A stretch of DNA of 64,000 nucleotides from positions 5,671 to 69,670 of IMG/VR virus record IMGVR_UViG_3300033052_000036; one strand, given 5' to 3'. Shown piece after piece: positions 44,897-54,708 of the stretch; the stretch's first letter is position 1, and every line of letters begins with the position of its first letter. A program made the translations under genes and the position numbers. The stretch comes from a virus. Below the pieces are notes generated by a model. It was not told where the DNA came from. It did not search any database and saw only the letters and a program-made list of their open reading frames with translations.

Positions 44897-47800
44897 CTAC
44901 ATACCTACTTTCTTTTTCAGGACTTCAATCGTTTCCAGAGCCATCTGGAGCTGGTCGCTCAGCCGCACTACTTCCTTGGCGAGTTCGACGGTGGCAACCG
45001 CAGCAGCGCTGCCGTAGTTGAGCGACAGGTAGCCGTCGGACTGCTCCTTGACGGCCTCGGGGATCACGGCCTGCACCGCCTGGGCGCTGAGACCGACATG
45101 GATCTCGCCAGAGTCAATGCGCTCGTAGGTGCCGGACTTCACGCCGGCCCAGCGCTGGATGAAGTCAGGGGCGATCGGGTTCCAGTTGCGTTTCAGCCGC
45201 TCGTCCGAGTAAGCGGTCACGTTGCCGCCCATGGTCAGATTGCCGGACATGTCCATCTGGAACAGGTATCCCGATGCCGAGAACCCGCCGATACGGAAGA
45301 TGTTGTCGTAGTCCAGGCCCATGTTGATGCCATAGGTGCCGGAGCGCAGGAACGACATAACCGCACCGCCGTTGTCCGTACATTGGACGCGCAGGTTCCA
45401 GTTGTTGTTGTTGCCTACCCAGGAGGTCGAGCCGGCGTTGGTCTGGATGGCCTGCATCCCGGTCCAAGTGTTGCCGGTATGGGTAGCGCCCGCCACCGAT
45501 TGCGTGTTCCCCGCCACGTTGGCGAAGTTGACGCTAAAGTTGGACGGGTTCCACACATACATGTTGACGCCGTCGCCGCTACCCCACAGCCACGTAGGCT
45601 GTCCCGACTGGCCTGACCAGTTCCACGCCTGATTGAGCCCGAGGAACGTCTTTACAGCGGCCGCGTTGGTCGAGCGGTAGTAATCATCCCCTCGCTTGGT
45701 GATGATCGCGGTGACGGCGCTGGAGTTGCTGCCCGGATTTCCATCATCGGTCATGTTGATGTAGCTGCCGAGCAGGTAGCCGTTGGGGTCGCGCTTCGCG
45801 ATGCTGTTGCCGACTGCGCTATATGAAGGCGCAGCGCCGGCAAGCAGGCCGGCGTTATCAGCATAGTGAACGCCGACATCGGCCGGCGTGTTGGGGTACA
45901 CCGAGAGGCGCCACCGGCCCTGGCCCGAGTTGTATTCCACCGCCATGTAGTACGGGTTGCTACCGCCGTAGCCATACGGGGAGGTCGATGCGTACAGGCG
46001 CGTGCTGTTCGTGGCGTAGGTGGCGTTGCCGAGCAGGTTGACCGGGCCGCGCGAGTTGCCGATGTCCACGCCGCCATAGTTGTGCGCGATGTAGAACTGC
46101 GCCGGCTCGCCCTCGGCGGTCGTGTTGTAGCTGCGCAGGATCTCGCCGCCGTCGCTGGTCTTGACGATGTAGTTTGCAGCCCGCATCGTGCCGGCGACGC
46201 GAGCATCGCCGTTGTGGTTGACCGAGAACTTGGCGGCCGCCGAGGTGGCCGTGCCAAAGTGGAAGTCAATCGAGTCGACGCCTGCGTAGCCCGCCGTGCC
46301 CTGGAAGTAGCTGATCCCGTAACCTTCGGCATTGCCGAAGCGCCAGATCGGACTACGCCCGTTGATCACGTAGGTCGCACTGGAGAACCCTTCTGCGCCG
46401 GCGGCCGTGACGCGGCCGGTGGTGGAGAGGTTCGTCGTAAAGGTGCCGTAGCCGCCGTAGTTCTCCGAATGCAGGAAGCGACGGCCGGACGGTTGCCACG
46501 TCAGGTTGCCGCCATCGTCCATCAGGAAATACTTGCTGGCATAGGCGTCGTTATCGCCGATCGCGAAGAAGATCCCGCCGCCAAAGGTGGCCGTGCCATA
46601 GCGATAGGCGCCGATCGCAAGATGCTGGCGATAGCCATAATCGGGGATGGTCGTGCGCTGGTGCAGGAGCGGCGAGAACGAGACCGCGTTCTTGGCAACC
46701 TGGGCGTCCGGCGTCATTACCGGGCCGCTGGTCACTTCCTGAATGGTCGAGTACCACAGTGGCGTGCGCGTATTCAGGTTGCCCGTCATGGCGGCGCTGC
46801 CGTCGCGCGGGAGCTTGGTGCTGTCCTGCACGGTGATGTCCGCCGAGCCGTCGAACCCGACGCCGTTGATGGCGCGCGGGGTTGCCAGCTTGGTCGCGGT
46901 GGAGGCGTTGCCGGTGAGCGGGCCGACGAACGAGGTAGCTTTCGCCGCGCCGTTCACTTGCAGCTTGTTCGTGCCGTCGTCGGTCGTGGTGCCGATCAGG
47001 ACATTGCCGGCGCCTTCGGCGATCGCGATGTAGCCACCAATGCCGACGATGCGGATCCGGGTCGCCGTCGTGACGCCGTCGGACGTGTAGATGCCGAAAT
47101 GTTCATCGGACGAGCGGTAGAACAAGCGGGCGTACTTGGCGCCCGATTTCAGGGTCTCTTGCACCTCGCCGGATGCGTGCGAGATCTCCACGCTGGTGCC
47201 GAACACGGGCTGATCGGTGCCCGCCGCGCCGAGCGCAGTACGCGCGGCCGCTGCGGTCGAGGCGCCGGTGCCGCCCTTGGCGACGGAGACCACGCCCAGC
47301 GAATCGCCGTTGGCGCGGGTGTAGCTCGCCATGTTCCATTTGCCGGCGCCGGCCGATACCCACTCGCACCAGTCGCCGGCGGCCGTGGTGATGTTCGCCC
47401 CGGTCAGCAGGTTCAATGCGGCCGCGCCATGGGTAAGCGTGAGCGCGCCCTGGAACGTCATGCGGCGCACGATGCCGGCGGCTGCGGCGTCGAAAGCGTT
47501 GATCGTGGTCGTGCCGGTGACGATGATGGTGTTTGCCTTGGCCGTCCCGATGTTCATGGAGGCCGCGCTGGCGATCGTGACGCTCGGCGCCTCGTTGAGC
47601 GGACCAGTCAGCGCGCCGTTGCGAGCTGGGAGCACGGCATCGGCGGTTTGGCGCAGCTCGACCGGGTCGCCGGTGTTGTAAGCGCGGGCGGTCGTGCCTT
47701 CCTGGGCGCGCACGATGGTGATGACATCGCCGGCGCGCGCCGTGCACAGCACGATCTCGTGATTGATCTCGCTCGTGCCGCTTTTCTGGAACAGGGTCAG

Positions 47801-47932
47801 CTTGAAGTCGTCGCCGGCGCCAGGGTTCGGGAACTTCGCGCCGTCGCCCGCCTTGAGCGTCATGCTGGTGGCGGCTGCGGTGATGTTGGCCGCCAGCTCG
47901 GATGCGGCGTTGTTGGTGAACAGTTGCGTCAT
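44897..47932 (-). CDS. Long tail fibre with C-terminal intramolecular chaperone (peptidase S74)
   Basis: FTNNAASELAANI N-terminus, ASTATKLATPRAINGVGFDGSADIT repeat, YSDERLKRNW cleavage motif and terminal coiled coil. Confidence 0.88.
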   Translation of the reverse strand: MTQLFTNNAASELAANITAAATSMTLKAGDGAKFPNPGAGDDFKLTLFQKSGTSEINHEIVLCTARAGDVITIVRAQEGTTARAYNTGDPVELRQTADAVLPARNGALTGPLNEAPSVTIASAASMNIGTAKANTIIVTGTTTINAFDAAAAGIVRRMTFQGALTLTHGAAALNLLTGANITTAAGDWCEWVSAGAGKWNMASYTRANGDSLGVVSVAKGGTGASTAAAARTALGAAGTDQPVFGTSVEISHASGEVQETLKSGAKYARLFYRSSDEHFGIYTSDGVTTATRIRIVGIGGYIAIAEGAGNVLIGTTTDDGTNKLQVNGAAKATSFVGPLTGNASTATKLATPRAINGVGFDGSADITVQDSTKLPRDGSAAMTGNLNTRTPLWYSTIQEVTSGPVMTPDAQVAKNAVSFSPLLHQRTTIPDYGYRQHLAIGAYRYGTATFGGGIFFAIGDNDAYASKYFLMDDGGNLTWQPSGRRFLHSENYGGYGTFTTNLSTTGRVTAAGAEGFSSATYVINGRSPIWRFGNAEGYGISYFQGTAGYAGVDSIDFHFGTATSAAAKFSVNHNGDARVAGTMRAANYIVKTSDGGEILRSYNTTAEGEPAQFYIAHNYGGVDIGNSRGPVNLLGNATYATNSTRLYASTSPYGYGGSNPYYMAVEYNSGQGRWRLSVYPNTPADVGVHYADNAGLLAGAAPSYSAVGNSIAKRDPNGYLLGSYINMTDDGNPGSNSSAVTAIITKRGDDYYRSTNAAAVKTFLGLNQAWNWSGQSGQPTWLWGSGDGVNMYVWNPSNFSVNFANVAGNTQSVAGATHTGNTWTGMQAIQTNAGSTSWVGNNNNWNLRVQCTDNGGAVMSFLRSGTYGINMGLDYDNIFRIGGFSASGYLFQMDMSGNLTMGGNVTAYSDERLKRNWNPIAPDFIQRWAGVKSGTYERIDSGEIHVGLSAQAVQAVIPEAVKEQSDGYLSLNYGSAAAVATVELAKEVVRLSDQLQMALETIEVLKKKVGM

Positions 47933-48213
47933 CAGTATTCCTTAACCTTGACGATAAACTCGTCCTGCTTCTTTCGTCCGTCGTCGGTCTCGGCCGTGAC
48001 GGTGATCTTGTACGTGGTGCGATTGGTGCCGCCTTCGACCCAGACCTTGACGGTGTTGCCGCTGATCGTGAAGAACACGGTCAGATCCGGCTTGTCGACC
48101 ACGACGGTGACGGTCGAGGCGTCGATCGCGTCGCCCGTCGCGAGCCAGTCGTCAAAAATCACGTCGTAGTCGAGCCGATCGGCCGGCTGCTGCTCGTGGG
48201 TGCCTAAAATCAT
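47932..48213 (-). CDS. Fibre-tail adaptor-like protein
   Basis: LDYDVIFDDWL..VKVWVEGG..YKITVTAET..GRKKQDEF. Confidence 0.7.
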   Translation of the reverse strand: MILGTHEQQPADRLDYDVIFDDWLATGDAIDASTVTVVVDKPDLTVFFTISGNTVKVWVEGGTNRTTYKITVTAETDDGRKKQDEFIVKVKEY

Positions 48214-49400
48214 GCGGATACCTTCATGGTTCGGTTCTGGGAGGGAACGCGGATAGCCCGGTCCTGCGCCGGCACGCGCATCGTTCGAGATAGCGGCGCT
48301 GGCACTGCCGGGTTCGCGATCGCAAGCGCGGTGGCGTTCGACGTGGCGGTAATCGAGGCCTCGCCGGCGTGCCGGCGGTGGGCGATGGCCGAGGCCTCCG
48401 AGGTAATGAGCGCGTCGGCCGCGGCTGGGCGGTAGACCCAGGGCGCGGCGCTGGCCGAGCTGGAGCAGGCCGCGATCGCGCTGCCGATGTGGGCCAGTCG
48501 GGCCTCTGCATCGATCCGCAAGACGCTCACGCCCTGGGCGGCGCCTCGCTGCGCGGTGATAGCGCTTGCCGTGGCATCGCTGACCACTTCGATCGGCGCG
48601 ATCGAGGCGGAGACCGTGACGAGGGGGATAGCGGTGGCCGTGCTGGCGGTTTCCGCAATCTCGACCACAGCCGAGTGCGTGACCATGGCTCGCGCGGTCG
48701 CCGCGCTGGTGGCCGAGCAGTAGGCTTCGTCGGCGGCTGCGATCGTGTAGATCGTCAGCTCGGCGACGGACTTGGCCCGGCCGCCGTGGATATGGGTCGG
48801 GGTCGCGGATCCGGCGCTCAGCACTTCGGCCGTCGCGTAGGACCGCGCCGTGCGCACGCCGATCGCGGATCCGGTGCTGCTCGATGCCGCCGGCAACACG
48901 TCGTAGGCGTCGCGTTGGGTGGTCGACTGGCCGGACCGCTTTACGCCGGCATCGGCGCGGCTGGCGGCGATCGCTTCGCCGGTGGCCTCGGCGTAGGCGG
49001 TGCGATCTGCTGCTGCCGTCGCAGTGGCGACGGAGTCAGCGCGGCCGGCGCCGCCTTGGATGATGGTCCCGGTCGCGCTGGTGCCGACCTGGGTAGCGGA
49101 ATAGGCGAGCGTGTACGACGCCTTGGCTTCCGCCGTGACATTCGCGCGCGCATACGCCGTGATGGCGATCAGGCCGTCCGCCTGAGCGGACGATTGCGCG
49201 TCCGCCTGTACTGTTGGGAGGGCCGTGCGCAGGCCCGCCGCCGTCGCCTCTGCGACGACTGCGGCGGTCTCTGGAATGCCCTGGGTGGTGCGGGTTGGCT
49301 CTGCCGTCGCCGTTCCTAAAGCCACACAGACGGCGCTGGCCAGGACGAATCTCGTAACGCTGGAGTTGAGCGCCGCGCTATTGAGGCTAAAGGAATTCAT
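48210..49400 (-). CDS. Ala/Ser/Thr-rich virion structural protein
   Basis: Repetitive A/S/T beta-strand pattern; operon position. Confidence 0.7.
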   Translation of the reverse strand: MNSFSLNSAALNSSVTRFVLASAVCVALGTATAEPTRTTQGIPETAAVVAEATAAGLRTALPTVQADAQSSAQADGLIAITAYARANVTAEAKASYTLAYSATQVGTSATGTIIQGGAGRADSVATATAAADRTAYAEATGEAIAASRADAGVKRSGQSTTQRDAYDVLPAASSSTGSAIGVRTARSYATAEVLSAGSATPTHIHGGRAKSVAELTIYTIAAADEAYCSATSAATARAMVTHSAVVEIAETASTATAIPLVTVSASIAPIEVVSDATASAITAQRGAAQGVSVLRIDAEARLAHIGSAIAACSSSASAAPWVYRPAAADALITSEASAIAHRRHAGEASITATSNATALAIANPAVPAPLSRTMRVPAQDRAIRVPSQNRTMKVSA

Positions 49401-49409
49401 GGCGGGCTA

Positions 49410-49823
49410 TTAGTCCAGCGAGAGAACGAGGGTGTTGGGCGCGAAGCTCAGCACGTCGCCGACTTGCAGGGTCTTGGCCGATTGCAGCGGCGCCGAGAAG
49501 ATCATGTTGCCGTCGGTCGCAGCATCGAACACACCGATGTGGGTGACGGTCACGGGGTTGACGGTCACGGCATTGAAGGTGATCGAGGCGTTGTTGACGA
49601 CTTGATGCGAGGTGCCCGCGACTGCCGGCGTGCTCCACGTCCCGGTGAGGGTGCGCGCGTACCACGTCGCCGAAGCTGGCACTTCGTTGAGGTTGCCGGC
49701 GTCGGTCGGGTCAGCCGTAAACAGTGCCAAGCGCAGCGATGCGGTCGCCGGCGTGGGGAGTGCTTGGCCGCGCAGGAGTGCATTCAGCACACCCTGCTCG
49801 GCGTAATTGGAAAGTCCTGCCAT
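49410..49823 (-). CDS. Tail-associated structural protein
   Basis: LSNYAE..LALFTADP..HIGVFDAATDGNMIF..KTLQVGDVLSF family pattern. Confidence 0.75.
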   Translation of the reverse strand: MAGLSNYAEQGVLNALLRGQALPTPATASLRLALFTADPTDAGNLNEVPASATWYARTLTGTWSTPAVAGTSHQVVNNASITFNAVTVNPVTVTHIGVFDAATDGNMIFSAPLQSAKTLQVGDVLSFAPNTLVLSLD

Positions 49824-49860
49824 TGGAGGCTCCTATTGGTGGGTGGGTAAAGCTGGGTGA

Positions 49861-50478
49861 TCAGGTCGCGGCCGGCGCTGCCGGCGCGGTGCCTTTCACG
49901 AGGGAGACAAAGCGCGAGTAGTGCAGCGCTGCGAGATCCGCGTTGCCGGCGTACTCGCTGTCCTTCGCGTATGCGCGGTGCATCAGGTAGTCGACCAGGG
50001 CGCCCGTGTAGGAGTCGTCCAGGGAGATCTGCGAACCCGCCGAGAGCGCCGGCGGGATGGCCTCGTAGACCAGCTCGACGGAGTTGCCGCCGGGTGAGGG
50101 CGGGTAGACGTGGAATTGCTTGGGCTGATCAGGCGAGTAGCAGAAGTGCAGGACCCGCTTGTTCGCGCGCGTGGGCGAGTGCCAGTCGGGGACCTGCGAA
50201 TCGAGCGATCGGCGGGCTACCGGCGTGATCGAGGCGCCGTCGGTGTTGTAGGGGATGTCGCGCAGGGCGCGCGCATCGGCCGGCATGTCCTGCTTGGTGC
50301 CCTTTTTCAGCGGGTGGCTGATCGAGAGTACATACAGGCCCGGGTTGAGGATTGCGGCCTCACGCTGGCCGTCGGTGAGCCAGTCAAGGTGACGCTCGCG
50401 GGACCAGCGCCGGAATTGGGTATCTTGCAGCAGGCTCGCGGCGCGATCGATGACGGCGCTGGCGTTGATGGTTCCCAT
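49861..50478 (-). CDS. Head-tail adaptor (DUF6682-like)
   Basis: VIDRAASLLQD..RWS..LDWLTDGQRE, ALVDYLMHRAYAKDSE. Confidence 0.75.
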   Translation of the reverse strand: MGTINASAVIDRAASLLQDTQFRRWSRERHLDWLTDGQREAAILNPGLYVLSISHPLKKGTKQDMPADARALRDIPYNTDGASITPVARRSLDSQVPDWHSPTRANKRVLHFCYSPDQPKQFHVYPPSPGGNSVELVYEAIPPALSAGSQISLDDSYTGALVDYLMHRAYAKDSEYAGNADLAALHYSRFVSLVKGTAPAAPAAT

Positions 50479-50499
50479 GAGGGTGCTTTCGTACAGGCG

Positions 50500-50522
50500 A
50501 AAAAAAAGCCCCGGACGGGGCT
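50500..50522 (-). terminator. Intrinsic terminator
   Basis: AGCCCC-gtcc-GGGGCT-T tract on the minus strand. Confidence 0.75.
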
Positions 50523-50525
50523 GGC

Positions 50526-51155
50526 TTAGCCGAAGGCGCGCGGCTGCACGCGGGACGAGGACCGGCCGAACGACTGCTCGGCCCGGATCCGGGCCTCGGT
50601 GCGCGCTCGCAGGTAGTTCTCGTGGTAGGCGCCGGCCAGGGCGGGCGCGCTGAACTCGTGCCCGGGGATCATCATCAGGCGCGCGATGGCGCCTTGACCG
50701 ATCTCGTAGGCGTAGTCGTTAAACAGCACGTCGGCCACGTTCGTGGCGCGGCGCGTCGGCTTGGTCGACACGCGCAGCACGATCGCGCCGGCGGCGTCCT
50801 CGGCCGGGGTGTAGTCCAGCTCGAACACGCTGCGCGGGCCGGCCAGGATCCCGCGCGGCTCTTGCATGTGCTGGCGGGTCTGCGCGAGGTTGATGTCGTC
50901 CGCTTTCAGGATCGACAGCGGCCGGCCGCGATAGGTGGCGCCCAGGATGAGCGCGGGTTCGGTCTGGGGAGCGGTGCCGATGTCGTACTCGGTCTGACCC
51001 TGGGCCACGTCGATCGGATCGAGCGTTTCCTGCACGATCGGCGCGTGGGTGCAGAAGTCGATGCAAATGTCGCGGATATGCAGCTCGGCCAGCGGATACG
51101 TGCAGCCTGCCACGTAGGGCAGGACATACGGCATGAAGTCAGAGAGAGCAACCAT
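50526..51155 (-). CDS. Head-tail adaptor/tail tubular A-like protein
   Basis: FMPYVLPYVAGC..IRDICIDFC..GAIARLMMIPG..WS-type family pattern. Confidence 0.7.
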   Translation of the reverse strand: MVALSDFMPYVLPYVAGCTYPLAELHIRDICIDFCTHAPIVQETLDPIDVAQGQTEYDIGTAPQTEPALILGATYRGRPLSILKADDINLAQTRQHMQEPRGILAGPRSVFELDYTPAEDAAGAIVLRVSTKPTRRATNVADVLFNDYAYEIGQGAIARLMMIPGHEFSAPALAGAYHENYLRARTEARIRAEQSFGRSSSRVQPRAFG

Positions 51156-51164
51156 CGGCCGGGA

Positions 51165-51524
51165 TTACTTCACGGTGCGCGGGGTGCGAGCGGTGTACGA
51201 GAAGCGCTTGACTTCGCGCTCGATCACTTTGCCGCCTTCGCCCGGTTCGTAGATGACCTGGGTAGCGTTGTCGAGGATCTCGACCACTTCGGTAGGGACC
51301 AAGCACGGCACGCCGCGCGGGATCAGCAGGCCATGGCCGTTGATCGACAGGAAAACGGCTTGGCGGCCGATCTCGCCCTCGCCGGCATTGATGATGACTT
51401 CCATCTTTTCGCCGCTCAGATTGTCGCCGGCATCCGAAACAGGGATGTCCTTGGCGCGCGGCGCCGCTTTCACTGGTGCGGTGTCGTCGATGGTGGTAAC
51501 GCTGGTGTCTTTTGCTGCTGCCAT
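51165..51524 (-). CDS. Capsid-associated hypothetical protein
   Basis: VFLSINGHGLLIPRGVP..VPTEVVEIL, common directly after N4-gp56-type capsids. Confidence 0.75.
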   Translation of the reverse strand: MAAAKDTSVTTIDDTAPVKAAPRAKDIPVSDAGDNLSGEKMEVIINAGEGEIGRQAVFLSINGHGLLIPRGVPCLVPTEVVEILDNATQVIYEPGEGGKVIEREVKRFSYTARTPRTVK

Positions 51525-51552
51525 TTTGTGCTCCTGATTCTTGAAGGGGATG

Positions 51553-51581
51553 AAAAACGCCCGCGCGCTGGCGGGCGTTTT
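51553..51581 (-). terminator. Intrinsic terminator after the capsid gene
   Basis: AAAACGCCCGC/GCGGGCGTTTT. Confidence 0.8.
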
Positions 51582-51605
51582 GGGTGCCTACGGGCCGATT
51601 AGGCG

Positions 51606-52607
51606 TTAGGCGGTGACGGCCGCCTCCAGGCGGCACATCCACTGGTCATTGAGGATGACCGCGCCTTGCATGGCCTTCCACGCCACGCGCCCGCGCTGCG
51701 CCAGCGGATCCGAATCGCTCGGCTTGGGGTTGACGACCATCGGGGTCAGCGCGAACATGCCTTTCAGGGCAACCACGGCGTAGGCGTTCGCCGCGATGTA
51801 CAGGGCCGGGTACACGTCCGAGTTCGCGCCACCGTTCGACAGGGTCGAGCCCTTGACGCCGCCCGCGTCGAGGAACGGGGCGAAGATGGTGGACGACAGG
51901 TAGCGCACGTCCTCGACCTTGCCGATCTCGTTCTCGTAAGGGGTCATCGAACCGTACTTCTCGACCGGCACGAACACGATCTTGCCGTCGGCGCCGACCA
52001 TGTTGCGCACGTCGGCCTCCATGTCCGGGTGGATCAGGCAGATATACGACTTGGCGACGGCTTCGGTGCCGAATGCCGGGGTCGACTTGACCACTTTGGT
52101 GATCTGCTCCGCGTTCTGGCGTTTCAGAGCGCGGACCACCTTGCGCTGTGCGGCCAGGGTGATCACGGTGTTCACGGCCGCGCGGCTGGCGCCGTTGGCG
52201 TAGACCACGTTGGTGCCGGCGCGCAGCACGCCGTAGCGCATGCGCTCGATCATCTGCGCGGCCTGCTCGCCCAGCAGCTCGATCGCTTCGTTCAGGACGT
52301 TGTCCTCGTGGGTGTCCAGCACGACATCGGTGATGGTGATCATCGAGCCGTATTGGGTCAGGGTGCACGGGATGTCCGTGCTCGCCATGGTCTGCGAGCC
52401 CGGGGTGACGCCTTCGGTCAGGGCGCTCGGAGTGGTGTCCAGGGCCGAGTAGCGACGGAAGGTGATGGTTTTCGAGTTGTTCGCGGGCAGAGCTTTCGCT
52501 TGACCGAACTTCTCGATGACCATGAAGGGCAATGCGCGCTTCAGCAGCTCTTTTTCGGCGTAGGCTGCGGTACGCGGCGAAATATCGCCATACTTGGTAT
52601 CTGCCAT
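51606..52607 (-). CDS. Major capsid protein, N4-gp56 family
   Basis: YGDISPRTAAYA, PANNSKTITFRRY, LTEGVTP, PKPSDSDPLAQRGRVAWK. Confidence 0.92.
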   Translation of the reverse strand: MADTKYGDISPRTAAYAEKELLKRALPFMVIEKFGQAKALPANNSKTITFRRYSALDTTPSALTEGVTPGSQTMASTDIPCTLTQYGSMITITDVVLDTHEDNVLNEAIELLGEQAAQMIERMRYGVLRAGTNVVYANGASRAAVNTVITLAAQRKVVRALKRQNAEQITKVVKSTPAFGTEAVAKSYICLIHPDMEADVRNMVGADGKIVFVPVEKYGSMTPYENEIGKVEDVRYLSSTIFAPFLDAGGVKGSTLSNGGANSDVYPALYIAANAYAVVALKGMFALTPMVVNPKPSDSDPLAQRGRVAWKAMQGAVILNDQWMCRLEAAVTA

Positions 52608-52698
52608 TGGGTTTCCTATTTAATGTGGCTGATGGGTTCGGCCGAGTGGCCGGATGGGGGTGTTTGCCAGTGAGGTCCGCACTGGCACGGGACAGCGA

Positions 52699-53559
52699 TT
52701 ACGCTTCGTTCCACGCCCGGGCGTAGTCGTCCGATGCGGTCGGAGCCTTCGGGAGCGAGATCGAACCGCTGCGCACGCCTTCTGCGTCGGCCAGGGCGTC
52801 GTCGTCCACGCCGCCGGCCTTCGACTGCTTGAACTTGGTGAGCAGGCCGATGATTTCCTCGGCGCTGCCGGCGTCGACCACGCGCTGAATGTCGGCCTGT
52901 TCTTCCGGCGACTGCGAGGCCTTCCATGCGTTGAAGTCCGGCGACTCGACCACTTCCATGAAGTCCTCATGGGCGGCGGCGATCGCCTTGAAGTGGTTTT
53001 GCTGGTTGACGTTGCGCAGGTGGTCGATCACTTCGTCCACGGTGGCCGACACGCCGCCCAGGCCTTCGCCGACCTTCTTGGCGGCGATCTGCTCGATGAA
53101 GCCGGTCAGGAGCGCGACGAAGTCCTCGCCGAAGTCCTCGGCCAGCTCCTTGCCGTAGTCGCGGCCGCCGCCCAGGTCGCCCGGTTCTTCGGCCGGCGCT
53201 GGGGTGACGGGTGCGCCGTCGACGGTTTCGGTGCGCTCGACGCTCGAAGTCGCCATTGCGGCCTCGCGTGCGTCCAGCTCGGCCTCGCGGGCGGCGATCG
53301 CGGCCTCGCGCTCTTTCAGGGCCTTCTCGGCGTCGCTTTCGACGGGTTCAGCGGCCGGTTCCGGTGCCGGATCGGCCGCCGGTTCGCCTGCTGGCTCGCC
53401 TGCGGGCTCCGCCGCGGCTTCTGCTGCCGGCTCGCCGGCCGGTTCGGTCAGGCCAAAGACTTCGTCCTCGGAGGGCTCGGTCTTGGGCACTTCGGCCGCG
53501 TCGAACTGCTGCGCGAACTCGGCCGCTTCTTCTTCCTGCTTTTGGGTAGTGGTTGCCAT
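52699..53559 (-). CDS. Scaffolding protein
   Basis: Acidic, E/P/A repeats, coiled coil, immediately upstream of the capsid gene; ends SDDYARAWNEA. Confidence 0.8.
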   Translation of the reverse strand: MATTTQKQEEEAAEFAQQFDAAEVPKTEPSEDEVFGLTEPAGEPAAEAAAEPAGEPAGEPAADPAPEPAAEPVESDAEKALKEREAAIAAREAELDAREAAMATSSVERTETVDGAPVTPAPAEEPGDLGGGRDYGKELAEDFGEDFVALLTGFIEQIAAKKVGEGLGGVSATVDEVIDHLRNVNQQNHFKAIAAAHEDFMEVVESPDFNAWKASQSPEEQADIQRVVDAGSAEEIIGLLTKFKQSKAGGVDDDALADAEGVRSGSISLPKAPTASDDYARAWNEA

Positions 53560-53590
53560 GGGGTTCTCCTGTTGGTGGCATGTCCGGGCG

Positions 53591-53617
53591 AAAAAAAACC
53601 CGCTCGGAGGCGGGTTT
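53591..53617 (-). terminator. Intrinsic terminator upstream of the scaffold gene
   Basis: AAACCCGC/GCGGGTTT with T tract on the minus strand. Confidence 0.75.
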
Positions 53618-53634
53618 CTTCGGGGTGCTGCTGG

Positions 53635-53883
53635 TTAGGTGACGATCGGCGATCGGTCCGGGTCATCGCTGCCCAGGGCCTCGCGCAGCGCGACGAGTTG
53701 GGCGTATGCGCCTTGCCGGCGCCCCAGCTTCTCCGGGGTCACGGTCGCCAGCGAGTGCAGCGCGTCCTCGGCCAGCGCGTCGAGCAGGGCCAGCAGCATC
53801 CGGGTTTGGGGCATCGCGCGGTACTCGCGGAGGGCCGCCAATTCCTCGGTGATTGCGGCGCGGTGCTGCTCGCTGGTCCGCAT
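53635..53883 (-). CDS. Small head-associated protein between portal and scaffold
   Basis: TAATG coupling; RRQGAYAQLVALRE motif. Confidence 0.75.
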   Translation of the reverse strand: MRTSEQHRAAITEELAALREYRAMPQTRMLLALLDALAEDALHSLATVTPEKLGRRQGAYAQLVALREALGSDDPDRSPIVT

Positions 53884-54386
53884 TACAGTGCGCCTACCTT
53901 CTGTTGCGGCGTCCATTCGGCATAGCCGCCGTTTTCCGGCGCGTCGTCGTGGCCTTGGAGCAGCTTCACGGAGGTGCGGCGGTGCGCGTTGCCGTTGTAG
54001 TCGTAGATCACGAGGTTGACCATGCGATCGTTGTGAACAGCCACGATCTTGGCGGTGAGCGGCTGGTCGCCGGCGGCCACCATGCCGCCCGGGCCGCTCT
54101 TGTCGTATGCGCTAGGGTGATACCAGAGATCGCGCCCGACGGACGGGATGATGAAGGGAGCCGGTGCGCGGAAGGTCCAGACGGCGGTGTCGGCGCCTTC
54201 GATGGCGCCGCCGGCAATGCCGATCCCGCCGTAGACGGCATTCAGGTGCGCGACTTGCGGGTTCGGCTCGCCGCGCAGTTCCAGCGTGGTCGTGCCGCCG
54301 TCCATTTCCGGGGTCGCCTCCAGCGTGGTCGTGCCGCCGTTCATGGCGGGGGTGGCGACGAAGGATGCTGCTTTCTGGATGTTCAT
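53883..54386 (-). CDS. Hypothetical phage protein with internal 13-aa duplication
   Basis: C-terminal IIPSVGRDLWY..QPLTAKIVAV..VNLVIYD..GNAHRRTSV domain. Confidence 0.75.
   Translation of the reverse strand: MNIQKAASFVATPAMNGGTTTLEATPEMDGGTTTLELRGEPNPQVAHLNAVYGGIGIAGGAIEGADTAVWTFRAPAPFIIPSVGRDLWYHPSAYDKSGPGGMVAAGDQPLTAKIVAVHNDRMVNLVIYDYNGNAHRRTSVKLLQGHDDAPENGGYAEWTPQQKVGAL
54279..54357. repeat. 39-bp tandem duplication within the CDS
   Basis: Encodes ATPAMNGGTTTLE / ATPEMDGGTTTLE. Confidence 0.85.
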
Positions 54387-54388
54387 GC

Positions 54389-54688
54389 TTACGCCTCGCG
54401 TGCGACGAGCGCGGCGTAGCAGCCGATCGAAGCGCTGCCGACCGGCGCGGTCTCCGGGGTGAAGGCGCCGGCGCCCGACCAGCTCAGGTAGCCGTTGCAC
54501 GACACGGTGACATCCTTAGTGTCGTCGTCGGCTACCAGATCGATCACGGCGCTGGCGTTCGCCAGGATGGCGGCGCGATCGCGCGCGTGGATCGGCTGAT
54601 GGGCCAGCACGGTTGCATCGAACTGCGCTTCAACGGCGGCGCGCGCCGCTTCCTTGTTCGGGGCCTTGATAGAGAACGAATAGCTCAT
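54389..54688 (-). CDS. Hypothetical phage protein
   Basis: AGGA RBS; MSYSFSIKAPNK..VSCNGYLSW family pattern. Confidence 0.75.
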   Translation of the reverse strand: MSYSFSIKAPNKEAARAAVEAQFDATVLAHQPIHARDRAAILANASAVIDLVADDDTKDVTVSCNGYLSWSGAGAFTPETAPVGSASIGCYAALVAREA

Positions 54689-54708
54689 GTTTTTCCTGTG
54701 TAGGGGTG

